In this document: piece after piece, positions 20,206 to 29,844 of the stretch
Layout of the letters: each line of letters starts with the position of its first letter
How positions within the stretch are numbered: position 1 is the first letter of the stretch
DNA from: Dehalococcoidia bacterium
GTDB taxonomy: Bacteria > Chloroflexota > Dehalococcoidia > Lucifugimonadales > Australimonadaceae
Reading direction: 5' to 3'
NCBI GenBank assembly: GCA_965249325.1
Contig: CBDFLP010000012.1
Span: forward strand, 73,555 to 137,554
Length of the DNA: 64,000 nt
Made by a program: the position numbers and the translations under genes
Notes under the pieces: model-generated
Told to the model about the DNA's origin: nothing
Databases searched by the model: none
What the model saw: only the letters and a program-made list of their open reading frames with translations

Positions 20206-20812
20206 GGATTGCACTGCCCTTAGATAAGATTCTCTCTTCCCACAACTGCCGTATGCGATTACCGAGGTCGTCGAGCGAGCCTGAGTTGTCGATGAGCGCG
20301 TCCGCCCTTGCGAGGAGGAGCTCGGTCTGCCCCTGGGCCTCGAGCCTGCGCTGTATGTCGTCCGGCGACAGCCCGCGGCCCCTTAGCTGTTCGACGATGG
20401 CGACAGGCGATGCGGACACCGCCCATACTTCGTCCGTCAGGTCGTCCCAGCCCGCCTGGTAGAGGAGCGCGGCGTCGAGAACGACGACGCCTTGTCCTGA
20501 GTCGCGGTGCTCCCCGATAGCCTGGCTAACCCTTTGACGGATGAGGGGATGGATGGCGGCGTTCAGCCAGGCAAGGGCCTGGGGCTTTGCGAAAACGAGA
20601 GCGCCAAGCCGCGCGCGGTCGACTCCGCCGTCGTCGTCTAGGATTTCGCTACTGAAGATCTCGACGATCCGCCTCCAGCCGATGGAGCCCTTTGCGTAAG
20701 CCCGGTGTCCCTCGGCGTCGGCATCGATGACAGCTGCGCCTAGTCCTGCAAGGACGTTGGCTGCTTCAGTCTTGCCTGTGCCGATTCCTCCCGTAAGACC
20801 AATGACCCGCAC
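20189..20812 (-). CDS. coaE: Dephospho-CoA kinase
   Basis: VIGLTGGIGTGKT, IDAD, DRARLGALVF, IHP and IDNSGS motifs. Confidence 0.92.
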   Translation of the reverse strand: MRVIGLTGGIGTGKTEAANVLAGLGAAVIDADAEGHRAYAKGSIGWRRIVEIFSSEILDDDGGVDRARLGALVFAKPQALAWLNAAIHPLIRQRVSQAIGEHRDSGQGVVVLDAALLYQAGWDDLTDEVWAVSASPVAIVEQLRGRGLSPDDIQRRLEAQGQTELLLARADALIDNSGSLDDLGNRIRQLWEERILSKGSAIHGRAD

Positions 20813-20931
20813 AGCAACCCCAAGTTCCGCTTTTGCGTCACGGCCTTGGCGGTCACGGCGCAATAGCTCAGTCTAGCATGCGGCGGGAGGGCGTACCACA
20901 GGCTGACTAGGCCCCTGTAGAATTGCCTTGG

Positions 20932-23331
20932 ATGTCGGACCTTCCAGACCCAATACCCGTTCCCCCTAGCGGGGCTGAGCTGCGCGAGCGCTCCATCGAG
21001 CTCTTGGAGTTCCCGAAAGTCCGCGAGGCGCTCGCGGAGCATACCCGGTCTCCTATGTCGCGGGAGCAAGCGCTCGGCTTGAGGCCGTCGTACAACGCGG
21101 CGGCGGTCGCCGATCTCCAGCAGGAGACGGCGGAGGCCGCGCGGCTGGTTGACGGCGGCGCCGATCTGACGCTCTCTCGTGACCCACGGCCGCTTCTCGA
21201 ACGAGCTGCAATGCACGGCGTGCTGGCGGGGGACGAGCTGATCGCCGTCGCAGACGCCCTCGATCTGGTCAGGAAAGCGAAGGCGCTGGGAGGGTCGGAG
21301 CGGGGTAAGACGCCGCTGCTGCGCAACCTCACGCGGAACATTGCCGACCTGCGTCCGCTCGAACGCGAGATCCGGGGAAAGCTCACGCCCTTCGGCGAGC
21401 TGAAGGACGACGCCACCCCCATGCTGCGCCAGTTCCGGCGCGAGAGCCGCGACGCCTACCAGTCGGCGTCCAGCAGCATCCAGGCCGTCATGGACACGGA
21501 CGCCGCCGCGGAAGCGCTCCAAGACCGGCTTTTCACCGTGCGTGGAGACCGCCTCGTGCTGCCGATCAAGGCCGACTTCAAGGGCAAGATCCCCGGCATC
21601 GTCCACGGGGTCTCGGACTCCGGGGCCACCCTCTTCATCGAGCCGCTGGCCAACGTGTCCAAGACGAACCGCTGGCGCGAGGCGGCAGCGGCGGAGCAGG
21701 AGGCGGAGGTCCGCATCCTGCGGCAGCTGTCGGCGAGCGTGTCGCGCCGGGCCGTCGAGGCCTCACGGGCCCTGGAAATCACCGCGCGTCTGGACGCGGC
21801 GCTCGCGAAGGCGCGGTACGCCAAGACCTACAACGGCGTGACGCTGTCGGAGCACGCGGACCACGTTGACCTCGTCGAGGGCCGCCATCCCCTGCTGGGG
21901 TCCGCCGCTGTGCCGGTGACGCTCGCGCTGCGGCCGCCGGTAAGCGTGCTGATCGTGACCGGGCCCAACACCGGCGGCAAGACCGTGGCGCTGAAGACGC
22001 TCGGCCTGATGGCGCTGATGCGACAGAGCGGCATGATGCCGCCGTGCGATCCCGCCACCAAGCTCCCGCTCTTCGATGGAGTGTACGCCGACATCGGTGA
22101 TCAGCAGAGCATCGAGCGCGCGGTCTCATCGTTCGGCTCGCACGTTACGGCGATTGCCGGCGTCCTGGCCCACGCGACGCCGAACTCGCTGGTGTTACTG
22201 GACGAGCTTGGCGCGTCGACCGACCCCGCGGAGGGCTCGGCGCTGGCTAAGGCGGTCGTCGCACGTCTCGTAGAGAGGGGGGCGCCGACGGTCGTAACGA
22301 CGCACCATCGTTCGCTGGCCGGGTTCGCTGACGAGCAGGAAGGGGTCGAGAACGCAAGTGTCGAGCTCCATCCTGTGACGCTGAGGCCCACCTACAAGCT
22401 GACGATGGGCCTGCCGGGCCGCAGCTACGCGATGGACATCGCCGCGCGCATCGGGCTGGATGCAGGGGTCATCGAGACGGCGCACCGCTATCTCGACCCG
22501 CGCGACCGCGAGGTGGAGAATCTCCTCGCGAGCATTCAGCAGGAGCGGTATAGCGCCCGCGAGAAGCTTGATGAGGCAGAGGCTGAGCGCGCCAAGGCCG
22601 CGCGGTTGTCGGCAGAGCTCGAGCGAAAGATCGAGGAGCTGGAGGCGGCGCAGGCGACAGTCGTCGAAGAGGCACGTGCGGAGCTGTTGGCGGAGGCCAA
22701 GCGCGTTCAAGGAAGGCTAAGGCAGGCCGCGTCAGCGGCGGAATGGCAGACCTTCAGAGGCGAGCCGCCGCCTCCGCGCGTCATCGAGCAGGCGTCGGAT
22801 GACGTGGCCGACGTGCAGCGCTCCGTCAGGTCGAAGGTCTGGGGCAAGAGCCCGTCGCCGTCGCGTCGGAAGGCCAAGCTCCGGGTGGGCGAGACGGTCG
22901 AGATAGGCTCGTTCGGTTTCACGGGCGTTGTACTCACGGAAGCAGACGCTTCGGAGCGCATCGAGGTGCAGGTCGGCTCGGCGCGTCTCAAGTTGGATGC
23001 GTCACGGCTGCGCAGGTCTGGGGAGCCCGTCGTAGAGCGGGAGGGTCGTTCGAGCATCAGCCTCGCCTATCCGCAAGCGACGCCCAGGGTGAGCGAGGAG
23101 ATCGACCTTCGAGGCGCGCGTGTCCACGAGGCCCTGGAGGAGCTCGATAGGCGTCTCGACGCGGCGGTTGCCCAGGGGTTGTCGAACGTGAGAATCGTCC
23201 ATGGGAAGGGCACGGGCGCGCTGCGCCAGGCAGTTTGGCGTCACTTGGCCGGCAACGGCGTGGTGGGCAACTATGCTTTCGCGCCTACAGAGCGCGGGGG
23301 GGATGGCGCCACTGAGGTGGAGCTGGTCTGA
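20932..23331 (+). CDS. mutS2: MutS2 endonuclease/ribosome collision sensor
   Basis: LEFPKV, SDSGATLFIEP, TGPNTGGKT, DIGDQQSI, LLDELGASTDP, coiled coil, KOW region and C-terminal Smr IVHGKGTG. Confidence 0.95.
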   Translation: MSDLPDPIPVPPSGAELRERSIELLEFPKVREALAEHTRSPMSREQALGLRPSYNAAAVADLQQETAEAARLVDGGADLTLSRDPRPLLERAAMHGVLAGDELIAVADALDLVRKAKALGGSERGKTPLLRNLTRNIADLRPLEREIRGKLTPFGELKDDATPMLRQFRRESRDAYQSASSSIQAVMDTDAAAEALQDRLFTVRGDRLVLPIKADFKGKIPGIVHGVSDSGATLFIEPLANVSKTNRWREAAAAEQEAEVRILRQLSASVSRRAVEASRALEITARLDAALAKARYAKTYNGVTLSEHADHVDLVEGRHPLLGSAAVPVTLALRPPVSVLIVTGPNTGGKTVALKTLGLMALMRQSGMMPPCDPATKLPLFDGVYADIGDQQSIERAVSSFGSHVTAIAGVLAHATPNSLVLLDELGASTDPAEGSALAKAVVARLVERGAPTVVTTHHRSLAGFADEQEGVENASVELHPVTLRPTYKLTMGLPGRSYAMDIAARIGLDAGVIETAHRYLDPRDREVENLLASIQQERYSAREKLDEAEAERAKAARLSAELERKIEELEAAQATVVEEARAELLAEAKRVQGRLRQAASAAEWQTFRGEPPPPRVIEQASDDVADVQRSVRSKVWGKSPSPSRRKAKLRVGETVEIGSFGFTGVVLTEADASERIEVQVGSARLKLDASRLRRSGEPVVEREGRSSISLAYPQATPRVSEEIDLRGARVHEALEELDRRLDAAVAQGLSNVRIVHGKGTGALRQAVWRHLAGNGVVGNYAFAPTERGGDGATEVELV

Positions 23332-23343
23332 CAGGGGGTTGGC

Positions 23344-23577
23344 ATGGAGAAGATTGCGTGGGTCCTCTTAGCCGGGGCCGCCGCCATTCTTATCGGGTAT
23401 GCGCTGGACGACTTGGTCGAGGGTCTCGGTGACTTCCTTGGGTACGAGGGCGTACCCGTGCTGGTCCGGGTCGCTGTGCTTGCCATACTGGCGGGCCTGT
23501 TGCTGCTTGTGGGCGTAGTCGTGCGGGATAGAATTGCCGAGCGGAAACGTGCGCGATTCGAGGAGAACGAGAGATGA
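23344..23577 (+). CDS. Small membrane protein (2 TM)
   Basis: Two hydrophobic helices. Stop overlaps the next start (ATGA). Confidence 0.7.
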   Translation: MEKIAWVLLAGAAAILIGYALDDLVEGLGDFLGYEGVPVLVRVAVLAILAGLLLLVGVVVRDRIAERKRARFEENER

Positions 23578-23897
23578 TTCTTGCTACGACAGACCAGGTG
23601 GCCGGCAAGCGGGTAACCGAGGTGAAGGGCTTGGTGCAAGGAAACACCATCCGCGCGAGGCACGTGGGGCGCGACATCATGGCTGGGCTCCGCAACATCG
23701 TGGGAGGCGAGATATCCGAATACACCAAGCTGCTGACGGAGTCCCGCGCCCAGGCGACGCAGCGGATGGTCGCCGAGGCAGAGGCGCGGGGAGCGAACGC
23801 CGTCGTCGGCATTCGCTTCGTCACCTCCATGGTGATGTCCGGCGCGTCGGAGCTCCTGGCTTACGGCACGGCGGTGGTCGTGGAGGATGAAGCGTAG
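23574..23897 (+). CDS. ybjQ: YbjQ/UPF0145 family protein
   Basis: RDIMAGLRNIVGGE...GANAVVG...AYGTAV. Confidence 0.92.
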   Translation: MILATTDQVAGKRVTEVKGLVQGNTIRARHVGRDIMAGLRNIVGGEISEYTKLLTESRAQATQRMVAEAEARGANAVVGIRFVTSMVMSGASELLAYGTAVVVEDEA

Positions 23898-23920
23898 AGG
23901 CCGGGACAGGAAGCCGCGGC

Positions 23921-24382
23921 CTAGCCCGCGTGCTCCTTCCGGTACTCGGCAATCGCGTCTTGGAGCGTGGTCCAGCCGAGTAGGGCGCACTTGATGCGGA
24001 TGGGGAACGCGCGCACGCCCCGGAGGGCGACGATCTCGCCGAGGTCCTCCTCCTGTTCCTCGCTCAGCTCTGAGCCCTGCATGACGCCCTTGAACGTGTG
24101 GACGAGCGCCTCTGCCTCGTCCAGCGTCATGCCCGCAAGGTGGTCGGTTAGCATCGACGCCGACGCCTGGCTGATAGAGCAGCCTTGGCCCTCGAATGCC
24201 GCCTCGTCGATACAGCCGTCGTCGCCTAGACCAAGGGTAAGGATGACCTGATCGCCGCAGAAGGGGTTGAAGCCTTCGGACCTCAGGTCGGGGTGGTCCA
24301 GGACGCCCTGATGGCGCGGTCGCTTGTAATGGTCCAAGATGACCTCTTGGTAGAGGTCATCGAGGCCTTCGGGCGCCTGCAT
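23921..24382 (-). CDS. sufU: SUF system NifU-family protein SufU
   Basis: LYQEVILDHYKRP, NPFCGD, GCSISQASAS and RIKCALL motifs. Confidence 0.93.
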   Translation of the reverse strand: MQAPEGLDDLYQEVILDHYKRPRHQGVLDHPDLRSEGFNPFCGDQVILTLGLGDDGCIDEAAFEGQGCSISQASASMLTDHLAGMTLDEAEALVHTFKGVMQGSELSEEQEEDLGEIVALRGVRAFPIRIKCALLGWTTLQDAIAEYRKEHAG

Positions 24383-25607
24383 CGCTGAAATACTCCATTG
24401 TCTGCTTGAGGCCGGCTATGAGGACGTCGACCTCTTCCTCGGTATTGTAGAGGTAGAAGCTGGCCCGCGCCGTCGCCGGAACGTGGAGCTTGCTGCGGAC
24501 GAGGGGCATCGCGCAGTGATGGCCCGCCCTGATTGCGACTCCGCAGTTGTCGAGGACCTGGCTGATGTCGTGCGGGTGCACGTCGCTCATGTAGAAAGAG
24601 ACGACGCCACCCCGCACGGAAAGGTTCGTCGGGCCGTAGGTCTCGACGTCCTCCAGTTCCTTGAAGCGCTCCAGCGCGTAGCGGGTGATGGCGGTCTCGT
24701 GCTCGCGCACGTTCTCCATGCCGAGGCCCGTGAGATAGTCGACCGCCGCGCCCAGGGCTATCGCGTCGGCGATGTTGGGCGTGCCGGCCTCGTATTTCAT
24801 CGGGGCTGGGGCCCAGCTGGCATCCTCGTAGGTCACCTCGAGGACCATCTCGCCGCCCCGCAGAAATGGCTGGACCTCGTCGATGACGTCCGGCGAGATG
24901 TAGAGCGCGCCGATGCCCGTGGGGCCAAGCATCTTGTGGCCGGAGAACGCGAAGAAGTCGCACCCGATGTCTTGTACGTCAACCGGCATGTGGGGGATGC
25001 TCTGCGCGCCGTCGACCAGCACGCGCGCGCCCGCTCTGTGCGCGGCGGCGGAGACCTGCTTCACGGGCGTAATCGTCCCCAGCACGTTCGATACGTGGGT
25101 AAGCGTGACAAGCTTTGCGCTCGGCGTGAGGAGGTCGTCTAGATCGGAGAGGTCGAGCGTGGAGTCGGCGCCGACGGCCATGAGCTTGAGCTCTCCGCCC
25201 TTGACCCGTGCGACATGCTGCCAGGGCACTAAGTTGGAGTGGTGCTCCATCTCCGTCGCCACGATCCGGTCGCCCTTGCTTAGGTTGTCCATGGCCCACG
25301 TGTGGGCCACGAGATTGATTGCCTCGGTTGTGTTCCGCACGAAGACGATGTTCTCGGGCGAGGGAGCGTTGATGAAGCGGGCGACCTTCTCGCGGGCTTC
25401 CTCGTAGGCGATTGTCGCTTCCATCGCGAGCGTGTGCGCTCCACGGTGGACGTTCGCGTTATAGCCCTCGTAGTAATCGACGAGCGCCTTGATCACCGAC
25501 GTCGGCTTCTGGGACGTAGCGGCGTTGTCGAGATAGACGAGCGGAACGCCGTTGACCTTTCGCTCCAGAATGGGGAAGTCTTCGCGGACACGCTGGATGT
25601 CGTACAT
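24357..25607 (-). CDS. sufS: Cysteine desulfurase SufS
   Basis: YLDNAATSQKP, MEHHSN, SGHKMLGPTGIG and RAGHHCA motifs. Confidence 0.96.
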   Translation of the reverse strand: MYDIQRVREDFPILERKVNGVPLVYLDNAATSQKPTSVIKALVDYYEGYNANVHRGAHTLAMEATIAYEEAREKVARFINAPSPENIVFVRNTTEAINLVAHTWAMDNLSKGDRIVATEMEHHSNLVPWQHVARVKGGELKLMAVGADSTLDLSDLDDLLTPSAKLVTLTHVSNVLGTITPVKQVSAAAHRAGARVLVDGAQSIPHMPVDVQDIGCDFFAFSGHKMLGPTGIGALYISPDVIDEVQPFLRGGEMVLEVTYEDASWAPAPMKYEAGTPNIADAIALGAAVDYLTGLGMENVREHETAITRYALERFKELEDVETYGPTNLSVRGGVVSFYMSDVHPHDISQVLDNCGVAIRAGHHCAMPLVRSKLHVPATARASFYLYNTEEEVDVLIAGLKQTMEYFSDAGARRPR

Positions 25608-26965
25608 CACGCGCCCTCGCCCAAGCGCTCGGCGACTGCCGATTCGATGTACTGGCGGACGGCATCGTCCTCGATTGCTTCCGCCACTTCGGCCACGAAC
25701 CCTTGCACCAAGAGCCGGCGCGCCGCGTCTTCCCCGATGCCCCGGCTCTTGAGGTAAAAGAGCGCTTCTCCGTCGAGCTGCCCGACGGCCGCGCCGTGGG
25801 TGCAGACGACATCGTCGGCGAATATCTCCAGCTTGGGCTGGGTGTCAATCTCAGCGCTATCCGACAATAAGAGGTTCTTGTTCACCTGATGCGCCTCGGT
25901 GTGCTGGGCGTCGGGCCGGACGAGCACGCGCCCAACGAACACGCCGTGCGATGCGTCGCCCAAAATGCCCTTGTAGACCTCGTTGGAGGAAGCGCCGGGA
26001 ACGGCGTGATCGATGAACGTGTGGTTGTCCACATGACGGCTGCCGTCGCCGTAGTACAGGCCGAACAGGCCCACGCTTGCGCCGGACTCGGCGAGGGCTG
26101 CGTTGAGGTCGCGCCGGACGAGCTTGCCCCCGAGGTCGACGGTGACGGACGCGACGCGGCTGTCCCTCGACTGCTCGATCTGGGTCGTCGAGACGTGGTA
26201 GCCGGACTCGCTCTCACGCTGCAGCTTGTAGAGGCGCAGGTCCGAGCCGGGCCCCGCGAAGACCTCCGTGACCGCGTTCGTGAGGTACGAGCCTCCATCG
26301 AGGCTCTCGAAGCTTTCCAGAACTGTCGCGCTACTGTCGCGCCCGGCGGCGACAAGCACGCGGGGGTGCGTCGCCACGTTCTGGGCGCCCGTGGAGATGA
26401 ATAGTAGATAGATTGGCTCGCGCGCTGATACGCCGTCGGGTATCTGGACGAACGCTCCATCGTGAAGGAACGCGGTGTTGAGCGCCGTGAACCCGCTCTC
26501 GGCAGTGGAGGCTAGCTGTCCGAGATGCTCCCGAACGGCCGGCACGTGGTATTCGATGGCGTCGGCCAGTCGGCCAACAATCGGCCCATCGCCGGGATGG
26601 CCGATAACGTCGCTGCGAAGGGCGGCCTCACTCGGCGGCTCCGTGGACAGGCTGGGCTCGTACCTGCCGTCGACGAACACGACCTGATGCACGCGAGGGC
26701 AGGGGAGCTCGTAAGCGGCGAGATCGACCGTGGCGCCGGGGTGGCCTTGGGCCAGGGTGAAGGGAGCTTCGGCAATGGGGCGCGGGTTGGTGTACTTCCA
26801 CGCCTCGTTGCCGCGGCGCGCCGTTGGGAAGCCGAGACGTTCGAAATCGGCGAGGGCGGCCCTCCTGGCGTCGCGGAGCCATGCCGGGTCAATCGACGCG
26901 CCGTTGCGCTCGAACGCCCGGGACTGCTCCAGGTAGCGTGCCGTGGACTCGGAGAGCTGGGTCAT
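25607..26965 (-). CDS. sufD: Fe-S assembly protein SufD
   Basis: EAWKYT and PKLEIFADDVVCTHGA...FYLKSRGI motifs. Confidence 0.94.
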   Translation of the reverse strand: MTQLSESTARYLEQSRAFERNGASIDPAWLRDARRAALADFERLGFPTARRGNEAWKYTNPRPIAEAPFTLAQGHPGATVDLAAYELPCPRVHQVVFVDGRYEPSLSTEPPSEAALRSDVIGHPGDGPIVGRLADAIEYHVPAVREHLGQLASTAESGFTALNTAFLHDGAFVQIPDGVSAREPIYLLFISTGAQNVATHPRVLVAAGRDSSATVLESFESLDGGSYLTNAVTEVFAGPGSDLRLYKLQRESESGYHVSTTQIEQSRDSRVASVTVDLGGKLVRRDLNAALAESGASVGLFGLYYGDGSRHVDNHTFIDHAVPGASSNEVYKGILGDASHGVFVGRVLVRPDAQHTEAHQVNKNLLLSDSAEIDTQPKLEIFADDVVCTHGAAVGQLDGEALFYLKSRGIGEDAARRLLVQGFVAEVAEAIEDDAVRQYIESAVAERLGEGA

Positions 26966-26972
26966 CGCACGG

Positions 26973-27725
26973 CTACGCGCTGACGGCGGAATCGAGCCAG
27001 TCGTAACCTCGGGACTCGATCTCGGCGGCGAGCGACTTGTCGCCCGAGCGCACTATCCGCCCGTCGATGAGGATGTGGATGTAGTCCGGCTCCAGGTAGG
27101 AGAGCACCCGCTCGTAGTGGGTGATGATGACTGTTGATGCGGTGGGCCCCGTTAGCTCCGTGATGCCCGCCGACACCTCGCGGAGGGCGTCTACGTCGAG
27201 CCCTGAGTCGATTTCGTCGAGGATGCGCAGCCGGGGTTCGAGCACGGCCATCTGGAGCACCTCGTTCCGCTTCTTCTCGCCGCCCGAGAAGCCCTCGTTC
27301 ACCGATCGCTTGGTGAGGGCCGGGTCCATATCGACGACTTTCACCTTGGCGCGGATGAGGCGGTCGAACTTGAGCGGATCGAGCTCCTCGCCGCCCTTGC
27401 TCTTCATGAGCTCGTTGTAGCCGGCGCGTAGGAAGTGGTCCATTCGCACGCCGGGAATCTCGATGGGGTGCTGGAACGACAGGAACAACCCCTTGCGCGC
27501 GCGCTCCTCCGCCGCCAGTGCGAGGAGGTCGGCGCCGTCGAACGTCACGGCGCCCGCCGTGACCTCGTAGCCCGGCCTGCCGGCCAGGACGTAAGCCAAG
27601 GTGCTCTTTCCGGAGCCGTTCGGTCCCATGATTGCATGTGTTTCGCCGTCGCCGATGGAGAGGTCGATTCCCTTCAGTATCTCGACCCCGCCGACCTCAG
27701 CGCGCAGTCCTCGGATTTCCAGCAT
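26973..27725 (-). CDS. sufC: Fe-S assembly ATPase SufC
   Basis: GPNGSGKST, NEGFSGGEKKRNE and LDEIDSGLD motifs. Confidence 0.96.
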   Translation of the reverse strand: MLEIRGLRAEVGGVEILKGIDLSIGDGETHAIMGPNGSGKSTLAYVLAGRPGYEVTAGAVTFDGADLLALAAEERARKGLFLSFQHPIEIPGVRMDHFLRAGYNELMKSKGGEELDPLKFDRLIRAKVKVVDMDPALTKRSVNEGFSGGEKKRNEVLQMAVLEPRLRILDEIDSGLDVDALREVSAGITELTGPTASTVIITHYERVLSYLEPDYIHILIDGRIVRSGDKSLAAEIESRGYDWLDSAVSA

Positions 27726-29176
27726 CAGCCGACCGTCCCTTCGAGGTTCATGTCCAGCAGACGGTTCGCCTCCACGGCGAACTCCAGCGGCAGGCGGCGG
27801 ACGACCTCGCGCACGAACCCGTTGACGATGACCGACTGCGCGTCCTCGCGGCTCAGTCCGCGCTGCTGGCAGTAGAAGATCTGGTCCTCGCTCACCTTCG
27901 TGGTCGACGCCTCATGCTCGACGCTCGCCGACCTATTCTCGACCTCGATGTAGGGGACCGTGTGCGCGCCGCACTGATCGCCGATGAGCAGCGAGTCGCA
28001 TTGGGTGAAATTGACCGCGCCGCGCGCGTTTGGCAGCATCTTTACGAGGCCGCGGTAGGTGTTGTTCCCGTGGCCGGCGGAGATGCCCTTGGAGATGATC
28101 CGGCTAGACGTATTCTTGCCGATGTGGGTCATCTTCGTGCCGGTGTCCGCCTGCTGACGGCCCTTCGCGAGGGCCACCGAGTAGAACTCGCCGGTGGAGT
28201 CGTCGCCCTGCAGCAGCACGCTGGGGTACTTCCACGTGATGGCGGAGCCGGTCTCGACCTGCGTCCAAGAAATCTTCGACCTCGCGCCCGCGCACTTGCC
28301 GCGCTTGGTGACGAAGTTGAAGATGCCGCCCTTGCCGTTCTCGTCGCCGGGGTACCAGTTCTGGATCGTCGAGTACTTAATCTCGGCATCGTCCATCGCG
28401 ACGAGCTCGACGACCGCTGCGTGCAGCTGGTTCGTGTCGCGCATCGGCGCCGAGCATCCTTCCAGGTAGCTCACGTATGAGCCCTTGTCGGCGATGATCA
28501 GCGTGCGCTCGAACTGCCCGGACCCCTCCGCGTTGATGCGGAAGTAGGTCGATAGCTCAAGGGGGCAGCGAACACCCGGCGGGATGTAGACGAACGAGCC
28601 GTCCGAGAAGACCGCCGAGTTGAGCGCCGCGTAGAAATTGTCGGAGTAGGGCACCACGGAGCCGAGGTATTTCCGCACCAGCTCCGGGTAGTCCTTCACT
28701 GCTTCCGAGACGGAAGAGAAGATGACGCCGTACTTGGCCAGCGTGTCCTTGGCGGTGGTGGCCACGCTTACGCTGTCGAAGATGGCGTCGACAGCGACGC
28801 CGGCCAGCCGCTTCTGTTCTTGCAGCGGGATGCCAAGCTTCTCGTAGGTGCGGAGAATCTCCTCGTCGACTTGGTCGAGGCTCTCCAAATCCAACTTGGG
28901 CTTGGGGGCGGCGTAGTAGTAAATGCCCTGGTAGTCGATGGGCGGATGGGCGATGTTCGCCCACGTGGGGGTCTGCTCCTCATCGAGGAGCTTCACGAAG
29001 TGGCGGTACGCCCTGAGCCGCCAATCGAGCAGCCATTCAGGCTCGCCCTTCTTGGCCGATATCCAGCGGACGATGTCCTCGCTGAGACCGGGCGGGGCGG
29101 ACTCCTCCTCGACATCGGTCGTCCACCCGTACTTGTACGACTCCTCGGCGATTTCTTCGACGGTGCGATTGGTCAT
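27725..29176 (-). CDS. sufB: Fe-S assembly protein SufB
   Basis: [20 protein letters not shown] and TWKYPS motifs. Confidence 0.96.
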   Translation of the reverse strand: MTNRTVEEIAEESYKYGWTTDVEEESAPPGLSEDIVRWISAKKGEPEWLLDWRLRAYRHFVKLLDEEQTPTWANIAHPPIDYQGIYYYAAPKPKLDLESLDQVDEEILRTYEKLGIPLQEQKRLAGVAVDAIFDSVSVATTAKDTLAKYGVIFSSVSEAVKDYPELVRKYLGSVVPYSDNFYAALNSAVFSDGSFVYIPPGVRCPLELSTYFRINAEGSGQFERTLIIADKGSYVSYLEGCSAPMRDTNQLHAAVVELVAMDDAEIKYSTIQNWYPGDENGKGGIFNFVTKRGKCAGARSKISWTQVETGSAITWKYPSVLLQGDDSTGEFYSVALAKGRQQADTGTKMTHIGKNTSSRIISKGISAGHGNNTYRGLVKMLPNARGAVNFTQCDSLLIGDQCGAHTVPYIEVENRSASVEHEASTTKVSEDQIFYCQQRGLSREDAQSVIVNGFVREVVRRLPLEFAVEANRLLDMNLEGTVG

Positions 29177-29217
29177 GTAACGTGCAGGGGGAGGGCCCTG
29201 GCGACAGCCTTTCTGTA

Positions 29218-29242
29218 ATTGTCGATTGATTAGGTCAACAAT
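29218..29242. promoter_or_regulatory. Putative Rrf2/IscR-type operator upstream of sufB
   Basis: 9-7-9 inverted repeat ATTGTCGAT-TGATTAG-GTCAACAAT (7 of 9 symmetric), about 42 bp upstream of the sufB start. Confidence 0.6.
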
Positions 29243-29844
29243 AGGCTAGAGCGCGCCACGGCCTATGTCAAGGTTGATTGGGCCGGCGCAGCTCCTCCTC
29301 TTCAGTTCTTGCCGCCTTCGCGGGAATCCAGGGCGCGCAGAAGCGCAGATGGGGCTGGTTCCCGCCTCGGCGCCCAAGCGCAAGCGTCGCTATTATGACA
29401 TCTATTCGTTGCGCAAACGACCATCGCTCCCTATCCTGTCTCCCATGCCCAACCACACGGCGCTTTCCACGCTCCGATGCCCCTACGGGCCCCTGGATCT
29501 TGTCTGGGGGGAAGGGTCGTGGGGGAGGGAAATAAAAGAGTTCATCAGTCAGAAAGTAGTTTTAGACTCCAGGAAGCAGGCCAGGGCCATGAAAACGCTC
29601 TCTGTCAACCCCTCTTTGTCGTCGACTTTCGGATACTTTTTTACTCGTAACGTCATCGAAAATCGGGGACTTCCTATCCGTAATCTTCCCGAAAACCGAA
29701 GTCGCTTCACCCGCGCGTGGGACTGGGCAGGGGACTACGCAAAGGTCTCCCAAACGGGAGACCTTGCGTAACCTGATCCCTGGGGCGTCTGAAGGGAATT
29801 AGAGCCGGGGCGCCAGGCCCTATTGTCACTGACTAGCGTTCGCT

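Noticed and set aside
29265-29771. 168-aa ORF as a real gene
   Set aside because: It spans REP sequence and IS ends, with no recognisable domain or RBS. Only its homology to the 48-kb region is reported.
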